The notes: generated from the sequence alone by a model not told the origin. DNA of 47,173 nucleotides from Patescibacteria group bacterium (GCA_041665345.1 JBAYJA010000004.1:114122-161294), one strand, 5' to 3'; positions 22,550-31,994 are shown, counted from the stretch's first letter. A program made the numbers and translations.

Positions 22550-24346
22550 TTAATTCTTACGACCTTGGTAGAGCTTTGTGACCGTGATGGATGCATCGGG
22601 TCGCTGTTCGCTATACTCGTGTAGAGCGTCCGTGTGGTCGAGCAGCTGCTCGGCACGGTGTGCATCAGCAATGGCCGCGACTACGTCTGCAAATTGCAGA
22701 GCAATGGGCCCGTTACCTTTCTCAATGCGCGTTGCGGCAATGCGTTTTGCCTCCTCGACAATCGCATCATCGATGAGCGCACCACTATTGAGATCGGAGA
22801 GTCCAAATTGTACTTCTTCAACACCTTCTGGCGTCGTCACGCTCAACTGGTACAGGGGGTACCGGTCAGAGTAAAGTTCTCCCGTAGCTTGCTCGGCAAG
22901 CGCTTGAGGGCTCACACCATCGAGCGTCACGCCGTTGAAGTAATAAGTGAACATTGCGACGGTTGCGGTCTGGTCGGGACGACCCACGATGATCTTTTTG
23001 CTAATTCGGCCTGGCCGAATGAGCGCGGGATCAAGTGTACGATGACGATTCGTAGCGCCGATGATGAACCCTGGTGTTTGGTCAATTTCGATGAGCATCG
23101 TGTTGACCAAGGTGTCCGTGGCGTCAGAGCTGATGCCTGAGCCACGAATTTTTCCCACCGCGTCAATTTCGTCGATGAAGAAGATTGGTTGAATACCAGT
23201 CTTCCGGAAGAATGCAAGTCCCTGCGCAAAAATGTGGCGAATGAGCGCCTCGCCCTGGCCAACTAAGGAGGCCAGCAACTCAGGAGCCTTGATGAAGAAG
23301 AAGCCTTGTTCGAGGCCGACTTTACCGTGCAGCTTGAGCATGGCTTTTGCCGCAGCTTTTGCTACACGTGTCTTGCCGCAGCCTGGAGGGCCAATCAGCA
23401 ATACACCTTTCAGTCCCTTCATTTTCAAGGCTTGGATAATGTCGGCACGTTTACCGGGAAGTTCGATCGCTTGGCGTAGTGCGGCTTTTGCCACGTCTTG
23501 GCCAATGACGTCATCCCAGTCTACATTTGGCACTTCTGTGAAGTGAAACCCGAGGTCAGTGTTCCCAAGGTTTCGGAGGATGAGTTTACCGGTGCTGTCG
23601 AGAACGACCCGGTTCCCAATTTCTACATTTGAGACCGCGGGTATTGCGGTTACTATTCGTTTGGTCATGCTGTCAACAGTGACCACAAACTCGTGCGTAC
23701 CGGCGATACTATCTACCGTTGCAAGGTCGCCTGCACCGTCTGCCCATTTCGCCACGCTCGAGAAGTGTTTCCTGCCATCCAGGCGAACCGTATCGCCGGG
23801 AATAACCGTGACATTCTCAGGAATGGTAATTTCGATAAAGGCACCACCCAGCGCTACGACCGCTGTTTTTGATGACAGCGGAGCGCGAGTGATAGCTTCG
23901 GCGGGTACTGGCTCTGTTCCGTCGTGGAGTTGGTACTCACTGTGTTCGCCATTCGCAAACACAACGAAGCACTGACCATCCGTCTCTTCCTGAAGCGCGT
24001 AACCAATCATACCAATGCATGTAGCATTGGCACTTGCAACGACGCGCACGCGGAAAAATTCAGACGCATCTGTTGGCATACTTGGCTGAGTAGGATCGCT
24101 CACCCAAAGAACGTGTGCTAGGTCTTTTGGCTCCGCACTGCTTTGTTCCAGTTTGCCCACAATTTCATAAAGAAACGCAGTTGCGCGTCCTTCAGTGGCA
24201 ACCTCCTGTTGCAGCTGCTCTTGCCTTTCGACTCGGTGGTTCTGCGGATCAGCCTTGTCGAATTCTTCTTTCGAAGTATCCAACGTAGACAAATCGCCCA
24301 ACTTTTTTTGAAGGGCTTCCCATTTTTTGCGGATAGAATCCACCAT
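22550..24346 (-). CDS. AAA+ ATPase with N-terminal coiled coil and OB-like region (ARC/Mpa/PAN-like architecture)
   Basis: Walker A GPPGCGKT, Walker B FFIDEIDAV, and ATNR/RPGR second-region elements. About 40 aa of heptad-like N-terminus, then about 250 aa rich in beta strands. SD GAGAGG upstream. Confidence 0.8.
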   Translation of the reverse strand: MVDSIRKKWEALQKKLGDLSTLDTSKEEFDKADPQNHRVERQEQLQQEVATEGRATAFLYEIVGKLEQSSAEPKDLAHVLWVSDPTQPSMPTDASEFFRVRVVASANATCIGMIGYALQEETDGQCFVVFANGEHSEYQLHDGTEPVPAEAITRAPLSSKTAVVALGGAFIEITIPENVTVIPGDTVRLDGRKHFSSVAKWADGAGDLATVDSIAGTHEFVVTVDSMTKRIVTAIPAVSNVEIGNRVVLDSTGKLILRNLGNTDLGFHFTEVPNVDWDDVIGQDVAKAALRQAIELPGKRADIIQALKMKGLKGVLLIGPPGCGKTRVAKAAAKAMLKLHGKVGLEQGFFFIKAPELLASLVGQGEALIRHIFAQGLAFFRKTGIQPIFFIDEIDAVGKIRGSGISSDATDTLVNTMLIEIDQTPGFIIGATNRHRTLDPALIRPGRISKKIIVGRPDQTATVAMFTYYFNGVTLDGVSPQALAEQATGELYSDRYPLYQLSVTTPEGVEEVQFGLSDLNSGALIDDAIVEEAKRIAATRIEKGNGPIALQFADVVAAIADAHRAEQLLDHTDALHEYSEQRPDASITVTKLYQGRKN

Positions 24347-24461
24347 GTGTTTTCCTCTCTTTCTTGTATATACAACTATTCAATTTTCAAAGTTCAACAA
24401 AAGAGCATAGCAGTTTTCTTGAAAAATGTCAAGCCTTTACTAAGAAAAAACGAACAAAAAG

Positions 24462-24485
24462 AAAAGCCGAGTATTTCTACTCGGC
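24462..24485 (-). terminator. rho-independent terminator after the ABC operon
   Basis: GCCGAGTA / TACTCGGC stem with a T-run on the minus strand. Confidence 0.65.
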
Positions 24486-24507
24486 CTTCGAAAAGTGCAT
24501 GTGGATT

Positions 24508-25377
24508 TTACAGCTCTTTAAACTGCCTTTTGATGTCTCGTACAAAAGTCAGAAAGTGTTGTTCTTCGGTGATCGAAGGTCTCCAGGCCAAACCCTCTTC
24601 AACGAGATTATATTTGTACTTGATGTACGAACCAGAGGTGGGTGAGCCATCAGGATTGTTATCCCGGCCCATCAACCACAAGGTATCGGCCACAGTACAG
24701 CCTGCAGTCACGTCGTGGGTGACGACAAAGACTGTGTTTTTCTCGTTCTCGTTCGCAACTTCCATAATCGTCCTCGTGACGTTGTCAACTGCGATGGGAT
24801 CGAGACCGGAAAATGGTTCGTCCATTAGCAGCAGGTGCTCAGAACACATAAGCTGCTGACAGATTGCAATGCGCTGGCGTTGCCCTCCGGAGAGGAGTAC
24901 CGGCCACTGGTCTGCTTTATCGGCCATGCCGAAGCGGTCCAGGTAGTGCATTGCTTTTTCCCGTGCCCCAACTTTAGTCAAGCCAGCTTGACGGCCAGCA
25001 ATGACTAAATTTTGTAGCACTGTACGGTGCTCGAGCAACGGGTAAAATTGTGATACCACACCGACCATGCCAGGGCGTACGACTGTTCCTTCTGGACCAA
25101 TAAGTACTTGACCGGTGGTGGGTTTTTGTAAGCCAGCGATGATGCGGAAAAGTTGGGTCTTCCCACGACCCGACGGTCCAAGGAGACAAACAATTTGCCC
25201 CTGGGTCATATTCGGCCGAATGATGTCGCTGACTGTTTCTGAGATGCCGTCCAGAATGAGGTGCTCTGCACTAGCAATGGAACCATCAGGATTCTTCTTG
25301 ATTTTTCCATACGCCATGGAAATGCCTTCAATCCGAAGCAGGGTCTCACCAGTGGTATAACTGAAGTCTGTTATCAT
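24508..25377 (-). CDS. ABC transporter ATP-binding protein (nitrate/sulfonate/taurine-type)
   Basis: Walker A GPSGRGKT, signature LSGGQRQR, Walker B LLLMDEP. The ATG at 25377 overlaps the permease TGA (ATGA). Confidence 0.9.
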   Translation of the reverse strand: MITDFSYTTGETLLRIEGISMAYGKIKKNPDGSIASAEHLILDGISETVSDIIRPNMTQGQIVCLLGPSGRGKTQLFRIIAGLQKPTTGQVLIGPEGTVVRPGMVGVVSQFYPLLEHRTVLQNLVIAGRQAGLTKVGAREKAMHYLDRFGMADKADQWPVLLSGGQRQRIAICQQLMCSEHLLLMDEPFSGLDPIAVDNVTRTIMEVANENEKNTVFVVTHDVTAGCTVADTLWLMGRDNNPDGSPTSGSYIKYKYNLVEEGLAWRPSITEEQHFLTFVRDIKRQFKEL

Positions 25378-26180
25378 GCACGCCTCCCAATCTTTATGAA
25401 TGCGTAGGCGCACTTACGACGAATAACAACTCCACCGCAGAGATCAATAACAACCCCAACGATGAAGATGGCGAGCGCCATGGCAAAGATATCCTCAATG
25501 CGTAGGTACTTGTCACTGTTCAGTATCATCACGCCGATACCACCCTGGGATCGCGATAGACCTTCAACGGCAGTGAGAATTGCCCATCCATAGCCAGCAA
25601 ACTGCAGCAAGACGCCTAGCGTCTCATGCAAGGTGCCGAGGATAACAATTTCCCACAACGTCCGCCACCGACCCATGCGCATCGTGTACCCGTACTCAAT
25701 ACGATCGTCGGTCACCCCACGGACAATCGCAACGATTGCCATGAGATAGAACCAAGTGACTGCAAAGAGCATGAGTGACATCTTCAATCTAAACCCGGTA
25801 CCGATGTACAGGGAAAAGAGAAAGACTAACCCAGTGAAGCCCAAGAAACGTAACTTCGTACAGAAGATTACGATCGGGCGGATGGCTGGGATCGTGGACA
25901 AGTACCCTAGGCCGAATGCAATGCATGAACTTGCGCCCAGGGCGTAGAAGTTCAGCTTCAAACTCGTTAGGATTTCCCCAAACAACCCGCGCGTGGTCCA
26001 AAGTGTGCCGAACGCACTGAGCGTATCGCCAAATTTTGGTATGAACGGGAGCTTGACGAATGTCCACAGGATCAGTAGCAAAGCAACTAATCCCCAGCTG
26101 TACCGACGCATCGCTTGTGTTGACACAATCTCAAGAGGGGTTAAGAATCGCACCACCTCACGGAGAATTTTTTTCAACAT
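25374..26180 (-). CDS. ABC transporter permease (binding-protein-dependent type)
   Basis: About 6 TM helices. Start moved to MLKKILREV (26180), with AGGAAA upstream. Confidence 0.8.
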   Translation of the reverse strand: MLKKILREVVRFLTPLEIVSTQAMRRYSWGLVALLLILWTFVKLPFIPKFGDTLSAFGTLWTTRGLFGEILTSLKLNFYALGASSCIAFGLGYLSTIPAIRPIVIFCTKLRFLGFTGLVFLFSLYIGTGFRLKMSLMLFAVTWFYLMAIVAIVRGVTDDRIEYGYTMRMGRWRTLWEIVILGTLHETLGVLLQFAGYGWAILTAVEGLSRSQGGIGVMILNSDKYLRIEDIFAMALAIFIVGVVIDLCGGVVIRRKCAYAFIKIGRRA

Positions 26181-26241
26181 GTTTTCCTTTCTGTGTACTG
26201 CCCAACCTAGGAGAGGTCGGGCAGTCACAAGGTGCAAAGCG

Positions 26242-28050
26242 TTAGCGGCCAGTGATGACATCCACGCGACGATTCAGCTGACGACCTTCCGGCGTGTCAT
26301 TGTCCGCCTTCGGTTTCGCTTCACCGTAACCCACAATATTCATGCGAGATATCGGGAAATTGTAGGGATAGTGACTGAATAACCAATCGCGGCATGCTTT
26401 GGCACGCGCCTCTGATAACAGTTGATTCTTGTACTCATCACCAACGTTATCAGTGTTGCCTTCGAACATCATTTTGAGATCGAAGTCACTGCTGTGCTCG
26501 GAAGCAAGTTGTTCAAGCGCAGCTTCGCCCTGAGACGTCAGTTGCGCACTGCCGAACTCAAAGGTGATGCTGCCCCATGACTTTTTACCAACGGCCTGCG
26601 TAATTTCCGCACCCGCTTGGTACTTTGCCATGGTCGGCGAAGCCTGCGTATTTGTTTCGTTCTTCACCTGCAGGATGTAACTCAAATTGACGACCTGCTC
26701 GTAAGGCGGGTAGGTCGGAATAAACTCTGGGTAGAGTTTGGCGTACAATCTGCCAAAGTAGTTGTACGTGTCCTTGAAGACGTCACGACTATTCGGTGCC
26801 ATACCGAAATAGCCAACGACATCCTGGAGGGTACAGACTCTAGAGCCACCAAGACTGAGTACATACGAACGTCCTTCAACTTCAACCGTACGAGGTTCGC
26901 CGTCGAAGTACTTGTACCAATATGTACCGTCATTCTGCTTGTAAACCTCAGCACTGATTACCGCACCGCGCATACGAGCTTGGTCGTTGCTGCGGATGGC
27001 TTTAGCGCCTTCGTCTGCTGACTTGATAATGCCCTTAATAATTTCAGGATGGCGCTGGTTGAACGCCTTGATTCCAACGACCAGGCATGGCATCTGCCCG
27101 GCGTAATCCTTGGTAGAGGCAACGGTTATGACGCCACCTCTCTGATCAACGACTAACTGGTCACCGGGAAGCCAAGTAGCAACACCTTCGGCCGTGATGG
27201 TCTGGTTCTTCCCGGTCCGCTTGCCGTGATTGACGACAGGACGTTCCTCGGTCACGCCTGAGATGAACAGCTGTGCCGCATGGGAACAGCTATTGGCAGG
27301 GTAGAAGTTGATGGCATTCGGATCATAGGTTGTTGGATCCGGATTGACGTCAATATCATTATCGGCGGCCCACTTCAGTATGATATTCTGGTCACCATCA
27401 CGTAAGACGCAAATGGTGAGACTACCCCGAGCCGAATCTGGAAATTGCTTCCAAATCGGTCTGCCAAGCCACTTGTCTTCTTCGTAGCTAAATCCCCACA
27501 TGTCAAAGGCCTCGACAATGTACTCCGGCCCCAACTCACTGATAATCAGCGGATTGATGGCCTGAGCGAAGCTGGCGTAGTTGTCACCCATGAAGGCGGC
27601 AAAAGTAACACCTTGGCCACTGAAGTCATTGCCCTGAGCGCAGGCTTTGGCATGTGCCATGAGTCCCTGCTGCATGTGAGAGTATTCGTCGTCCCATTGA
27701 AAAGTCAGATTCACGCCATTCTTGGCCATCATGCTGCCTTCGGTAGTAGTGACACCGCCGTTTGCAAACATCGCGCCAAGCTGGGCGTTCCAGGCGGCAA
27801 CCATCATGGTTGTCGCTTCGTTGCTCTGTACCGGTGTGGTACTCGGCATGGTCACATTCACCGTTCCCGCCAACTTGTCGCCGACGGTCACCTTTTGAAT
27901 GTTGGTCTTCTCAAGTTTCTGGGATTCGGTTGTCGTCAGGCCGGGGGCAATAAAGTCCAGCCAACCGTACTGAATGGAACCATAAATAAGAATGGCGCCA
28001 ACGACGACAATAATGGCCACCCACGTGGCCCAACCAATTTTCTGAAACAT
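26242..28050 (-). CDS. membrane-anchored substrate-binding-like protein fused to a C-terminal OmpA-like peptidoglycan-binding domain
   Basis: N-terminal TM WATWVAIIVVVGAILIY, a central region of about 400 aa, and a C-terminus GNTDNVGDEYKNQLLSEARAKACRDWL...GYGEAKPKADNDTPEGRQLNRRVDV (OmpA_C motif). Confidence 0.75.
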   Translation of the reverse strand: MFQKIGWATWVAIIVVVGAILIYGSIQYGWLDFIAPGLTTTESQKLEKTNIQKVTVGDKLAGTVNVTMPSTTPVQSNEATTMMVAAWNAQLGAMFANGGVTTTEGSMMAKNGVNLTFQWDDEYSHMQQGLMAHAKACAQGNDFSGQGVTFAAFMGDNYASFAQAINPLIISELGPEYIVEAFDMWGFSYEEDKWLGRPIWKQFPDSARGSLTICVLRDGDQNIILKWAADNDIDVNPDPTTYDPNAINFYPANSCSHAAQLFISGVTEERPVVNHGKRTGKNQTITAEGVATWLPGDQLVVDQRGGVITVASTKDYAGQMPCLVVGIKAFNQRHPEIIKGIIKSADEGAKAIRSNDQARMRGAVISAEVYKQNDGTYWYKYFDGEPRTVEVEGRSYVLSLGGSRVCTLQDVVGYFGMAPNSRDVFKDTYNYFGRLYAKLYPEFIPTYPPYEQVVNLSYILQVKNETNTQASPTMAKYQAGAEITQAVGKKSWGSITFEFGSAQLTSQGEAALEQLASEHSSDFDLKMMFEGNTDNVGDEYKNQLLSEARAKACRDWLFSHYPYNFPISRMNIVGYGEAKPKADNDTPEGRQLNRRVDVITGR

Positions 28051-28114
28051 ATGTTTACTCCAAAATTCGTGTTTATGATTCGTGCGGCCAAAGGTGACCG
28101 CGTTGATTTATCGC

Positions 28115-29191
28115 TTACTGCTGGTTCCGATTCCGCAACCCGAAGCGCGAAGGTTGAATGACCGGCTTCCGCTGTTCGGCAGCGTGCTCGGTAATTTTCG
28201 TCGGGTCGCCAGTCGCGGCCGCGTCGAAGTTCCCTTTCGCTTTAGTTGCCATCTGTTCGGCATTTGAGCGCAGAGCTAAGATGCGTTTCCTCATCTTTTC
28301 TCCCGCTATTGCCATGGAGAGATCCTTCGCAGTAGTGAACCTCTTCGTCAGGTCGAGAGCGGTATCGATCTCGCCTGCCATGCGACTGATGTCCTCGCGG
28401 ACGATATCAGCCGCCATATTGAAGTCGCGAAGTTCCTTCCCACCAAGGAGTACACGTTGAGCTGCACGAGCGGATCTTTCACCACTCTGCATTCCGCGGT
28501 ACTCAATTGACTTGATCCGGACTGTTTGGCGAATGTACTTCGCATTGTAGTCCAGGGTCTGGTGGAGGGATTTCAGTGCTTCGAGAAGTTCAAACAGGAC
28601 ATCCCGTGAACTCTGAAGGCGCTTAATAGATTCCTCGCTATCGTCGACGAACTTTGAGGCCAGGTTGTAGGCACCAAGTTCCTCATCATTTAGTTTCGTC
28701 AGGTCATTACCGCACTGACTCATTAGGAAGTCCGCATGCTCTTGATTGCTTGCTACCTCCTCTTTGAGTTGTTCGATAATCGTGTCCTGCTCTCGAATCG
28801 CAGCTTTTAGGCCTTTGATGCCCTCGGCGCTCTCCTCGAGCTTTCCGTCCAAGTACTCCTGCGCAAATCCTTCCATGAGTTCAAGAGGACCCATGCGAAT
28901 AATTGCCTTGGAGATCTTTTTAGAGTAGATCGTAAACAAATTTCCACTATTCTTGATGAGAATGAGTAAGAAAATTGCCAAGATGATGAGGATTCCACCC
29001 ATGACCGCAACGGCGATGCCGTAGGCCAGGGAAGTCAGAAGACCTTGGAGAATTGCGATCAATGTCGGCAAGATGAGCTTCAGGACTAGACCTGCAACTC
29101 CGATACCGACAATCGTTCCGATGACTCCCCACATTTTCTCTTTCTTCAAGAGGAAGAGTTTATTGGGAGCTTCGGTCATAATATCAGCCAT
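28115..29191 (-). CDS. membrane protein with 2-3 TM helices and a long PspA-like coiled-coil domain
   Basis: The ATG at 29191 (MADIMTE) overlaps the upstream stop by 8 nt. The helical region MGPLELMEGFAQEYLDGKLEESAEGIKGLK... resembles PspA/IM30 N-terminal helices (weak, by eye). Confidence 0.6.
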   Translation of the reverse strand: MADIMTEAPNKLFLLKKEKMWGVIGTIVGIGVAGLVLKLILPTLIAILQGLLTSLAYGIAVAVMGGILIILAIFLLILIKNSGNLFTIYSKKISKAIIRMGPLELMEGFAQEYLDGKLEESAEGIKGLKAAIREQDTIIEQLKEEVASNQEHADFLMSQCGNDLTKLNDEELGAYNLASKFVDDSEESIKRLQSSRDVLFELLEALKSLHQTLDYNAKYIRQTVRIKSIEYRGMQSGERSARAAQRVLLGGKELRDFNMAADIVREDISRMAGEIDTALDLTKRFTTAKDLSMAIAGEKMRKRILALRSNAEQMATKAKGNFDAAATGDPTKITEHAAEQRKPVIQPSRFGLRNRNQQ

Positions 29192-29945
29192 TAGCACTTC
29201 CTTCAGTGTGTCCACCCTCCAGGAGATCCAAGAGTATGGCGATGCCAAACCAGTTGTTGCTGGGGGCACCCTGTTTCACGGCTTCACATGCGCTGGTGAA
29301 TGCCTGGCGATCGAGCTCCAATTGGGTATCGACCGAACTGACGGCATTTGACTCGGCTTGCAACTTTTGGGTTGTGTCGTCGAGTTTTGTTTGTAAGTCT
29401 CGGAGATCCTGTTCAAGATCACTCTTGAGTCTCTCCAATTCCTGCTTCTTCTTCGCATGCTCAGCCTTTTGATTAATCGCGTCCTGCTGGGTATCCTCAG
29501 CGAATATTTTCTGGACCTCAGACATGGCCGTGAGTTGATCTCGCAGCGTCTTGATGACAATTTCCTTCGTCAGTCCCGTAGTGGGTCCGACTGTGGCTAA
29601 GGCCATATCAATGCGCTGCTCCAGCGGTACGGAAGCCATCGTCGTAGCCATAGTGAGTGCCAACTGAATAAGTTGATCAAATCCCTGTGGGCTCTTGACG
29701 CGACTGCCAATATTTTCCAGAATTTTCTGGAAGTAGTACTGGTCGAAGTCGGCTGGGGCTTTCGTCCCCTGTGACCTGCGTGCCGTTGTTACGCTACGCG
29801 GGACAACGCCAGAAGTCTGGTTTGACTGCCGCGGTACGTACGTTGGCCTGGCGCCAGGCGGAAGTTGCGTTTTCTGCGGATCTGACGATTTGTCATCGTC
29901 ATCACCTTTATAAAACGCGCCTCCAATTTTTTTCCAATCAACCAT
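29184..29945 (-). CDS. hypothetical protein: disordered N-terminus plus coiled coil
   Basis: First gene of the co-oriented run 29945 to 24508. Contains KKKQELERLKSDLEQDLRDLQTKLDDTTQKLQ. Confidence 0.6.
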   Translation of the reverse strand: MVDWKKIGGAFYKGDDDDKSSDPQKTQLPPGARPTYVPRQSNQTSGVVPRSVTTARRSQGTKAPADFDQYYFQKILENIGSRVKSPQGFDQLIQLALTMATTMASVPLEQRIDMALATVGPTTGLTKEIVIKTLRDQLTAMSEVQKIFAEDTQQDAINQKAEHAKKKQELERLKSDLEQDLRDLQTKLDDTTQKLQAESNAVSSVDTQLELDRQAFTSACEAVKQGAPSNNWFGIAILLDLLEGGHTEGSANG

Positions 29946-30094
29946 TTACGTTTCCTTCACAAATCTCCGACATGTCATTACTGTATGTCGGTAAATGGAA
30001 CTTCCCTCACAATCCCACATTACTGCAGGCAGAGGACTTCTTTCGACTTTTCGCGAACTTGCGCTCGAAGAAAGTCTACTTCTGTTTGACTACG

Positions 30095-30427
30095 TTAAAC
30101 CGGATCAATCCAAGCTTTGTACGCACGATGCTTCACTTCATCTTTGCGTTTCCGCTTTGATTTTAACCGAGCTTGCTTCGACGGACGATGCTTTCGAACA
30201 TCATCAAGTCGAACGTAGTCACCTTCATTGGGCCATTCACCTTTCCATGTTACTTTCCGCACCTTCGTGGGATCAGTTTCAATGGAAAAAGATATTTCGC
30301 CCAAATCTTTACGCTCGTCGCATCTTGCGAATGCATGAGCGCCGTTATGACCTACTGGAGCCACACGGGTTACATAGGCCAAAATTGACGTGTCTCCAGG
30401 CGCACGTCCTACCTTGTGATTACTCAC
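30095..30427 (-). CDS. hypothetical protein (110 aa) with a Lys/Arg-rich tail
   Basis: AAGGAGAAAC precedes the ATG. No motif recognised. Confidence 0.5.
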   Translation of the reverse strand: MSNHKVGRAPGDTSILAYVTRVAPVGHNGAHAFARCDERKDLGEISFSIETDPTKVRKVTWKGEWPNEGDYVRLDDVRKHRPSKQARLKSKRKRKDEVKHRAYKAWIDPV

Positions 30428-30629
30428 ATTGTTTCTCCTTTCCTTGTGTTTGTTCGCGGTTTACGTCTGTAACCTCCTTTCACTTTCTTTCTCATTCATG
30501 TCAACGTCCATACCACCCACTTTTTGCGCAGTAGTTGCCGCGCGTTTGGACAGATTTTCGCAGTGTGGATAGCGTCCCAACCTAGCGCATGTTCGTCAAT
30601 TTGTCAATACCTAAGCCATTTTCACCAGT

Positions 30630-30656
30630 AAAAAGCCCGCAACGTGATGTTGCGGG
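30630..30656 (-). terminator. rho-independent terminator (copy 1 of a 27-nt repeat)
   Basis: Minus strand stem GCCCGCAAC / GTTGCGGGC plus a T-run. Identical 27-mer at 31264-31290. Confidence 0.7.
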
Positions 30657-30674
30657 CTACTGTAATTCGGTGCG

Positions 30675-31127
30675 TTACGACGCGACCTTTGGAACTGCTA
30701 CTACCCAGCAGTTCGGTGCCCAGTCGCTCTCGTCCCAGTCGATCCAGAGCTTCCGGATCAGCTTTTTGACGTAGAACATAGTGACGTATCGGCAGCCGCA
30801 GGCATGGTTCCAGGTCTGTCCGATCTGAAGAATGATCGCATTGTTGTCGATTGCAAGTTGGGTAGCAACCACAGCCAGCAGGTCATCATTTTGCCCAGGC
30901 TGCAGACCTTCTTCGTCGAGCTTCTCCCGCATTTCGTCGCTGCTCAGGATTTCGTTGAAACAGACGAGGGTGATCTCCCTCTCGACCTTGCCGCTCGTTT
31001 GCTGGCGGGGGAAGTTTGGTTCAGTGATGTCGACAAAGACTTCATCGCAGTTGCAGCCGCTCACCATCACGTCGAAAGAAGCATCGTAGTCGATTGGCAC
31101 GCGGAGCGTCATTTTTGAAAGTGGCAT
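30675..31127 (-). CDS. hypothetical protein (150 aa)
   Basis: GGAGG 6 nt before the ATG. No motif recognised. Confidence 0.6.
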   Translation of the reverse strand: MPLSKMTLRVPIDYDASFDVMVSGCNCDEVFVDITEPNFPRQQTSGKVEREITLVCFNEILSSDEMREKLDEEGLQPGQNDDLLAVVATQLAIDNNAIILQIGQTWNHACGCRYVTMFYVKKLIRKLWIDWDESDWAPNCWVVAVPKVAS

Positions 31128-31263
31128 GTTGTACCTCCAAGTACGTTATTGGTTTTTCTACCCTAGGCGTTTTGCCACGCATTAGGTTTGAAAACTTCGC
31201 AATCTATATATGAGTTAGCATTCATAGCAGAAAAAGTCAAGAAGGGTGTGATTTCCCCATGAA

Positions 31264-31290
31264 AAAAAGCCCGCAACGTGATGTTGCGGG
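31264..31290 (-). terminator. rho-independent terminator (copy 2 of the 27-nt repeat)
   Basis: AAAAAGCCCGCAACGTGATGTTGCGGG is identical to 30630-30656. Confidence 0.7.
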
Positions 31291-31313
31291 ACTTTGTGTT
31301 TTGACCGTAAAGA

Positions 31314-31910
31314 TCAGTCAGCACTGTACAGTGGAATCGTTGCCTGAAACCGAATGTTCCAGCCGACATCACCAATGTATGTGCCGAGTTCGAACACCCC
31401 CATGCCTAGACGAGCGCCACCTTGGGCAGTTGTGCGTCCAGACTGTTCAATAACTTCAATGTGCGGGCCAACCCAGGCTCTCGTACGAGACACCTCAAAG
31501 TTGTAATCGACACCAGCCCAGCCGTAGAAATCAGTGAAGTCCTTGTGGAGAATGACATCGGCCTCGATGTTCCCAAACCATGGTCCGTGCGGAAAATCAA
31601 GATTGATCCCAAGCATACCGGCGTCTTTTTCGACCCAGTTTGAGACCAAGCCGCCGTAGAAACTGGTATTCTTATACGTCGGACCAAGGTAAACAAAGGT
31701 CTGGGTAAAAGCACTTTGGGGCATGAAAAAAGCCGCAGCTTTGCCGAATAGGTGCCAGTTCACTTCTTGCCTGCTCCACTGCAACGGCGGGTTATACGTA
31801 ACTTTCAGCACGAACTGATGTCCGGCGTAGTCACCAGCGTCAGCCTGCGCGGGATGCGGAAGTCCAAAAAAAGCAATAGCGATGAGTAGGGAGAAGAGCA
31901 AACTCTTCAT
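31314..31910 (-). CDS. secreted protein with alternating-hydrophobicity strands (possible small beta-barrel)
   Basis: Signal peptide MKSLLFSLLIAIAFFGLPHPAQA. Aromatic- and Gly-rich alternating pattern throughout. Confidence 0.6.
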   Translation of the reverse strand: MKSLLFSLLIAIAFFGLPHPAQADAGDYAGHQFVLKVTYNPPLQWSRQEVNWHLFGKAAAFFMPQSAFTQTFVYLGPTYKNTSFYGGLVSNWVEKDAGMLGINLDFPHGPWFGNIEADVILHKDFTDFYGWAGVDYNFEVSRTRAWVGPHIEVIEQSGRTTAQGGARLGMGVFELGTYIGDVGWNIRFQATIPLYSAD

Positions 31911-31994
31911 TTTTTCCTCCTGTTTGGAAAAGGTTACGTGACGCGCACAATGCGCATTTTTTGATTTTCATAAAACCCTATCCATATTCTGCGG

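Noticed and set aside
22465-22671. N-terminal 69-aa extension of the large pilin ORF overlapping the AAA+ gene
   Set aside because: The extension runs through the AAA+ gene 3' end and its terminator. The class III signal sequence begins right after the internal ATG at 22464, which also has a -10 hexamer in front.
10340-31290. Integron-like attC sites as an explanation for the repeated terminator hairpins
   Set aside because: There is no GTTRRRY core or R/L box organisation. There is no integron integrase or attI. Each hairpin has a T-run and sits exactly where an intrinsic terminator is expected.
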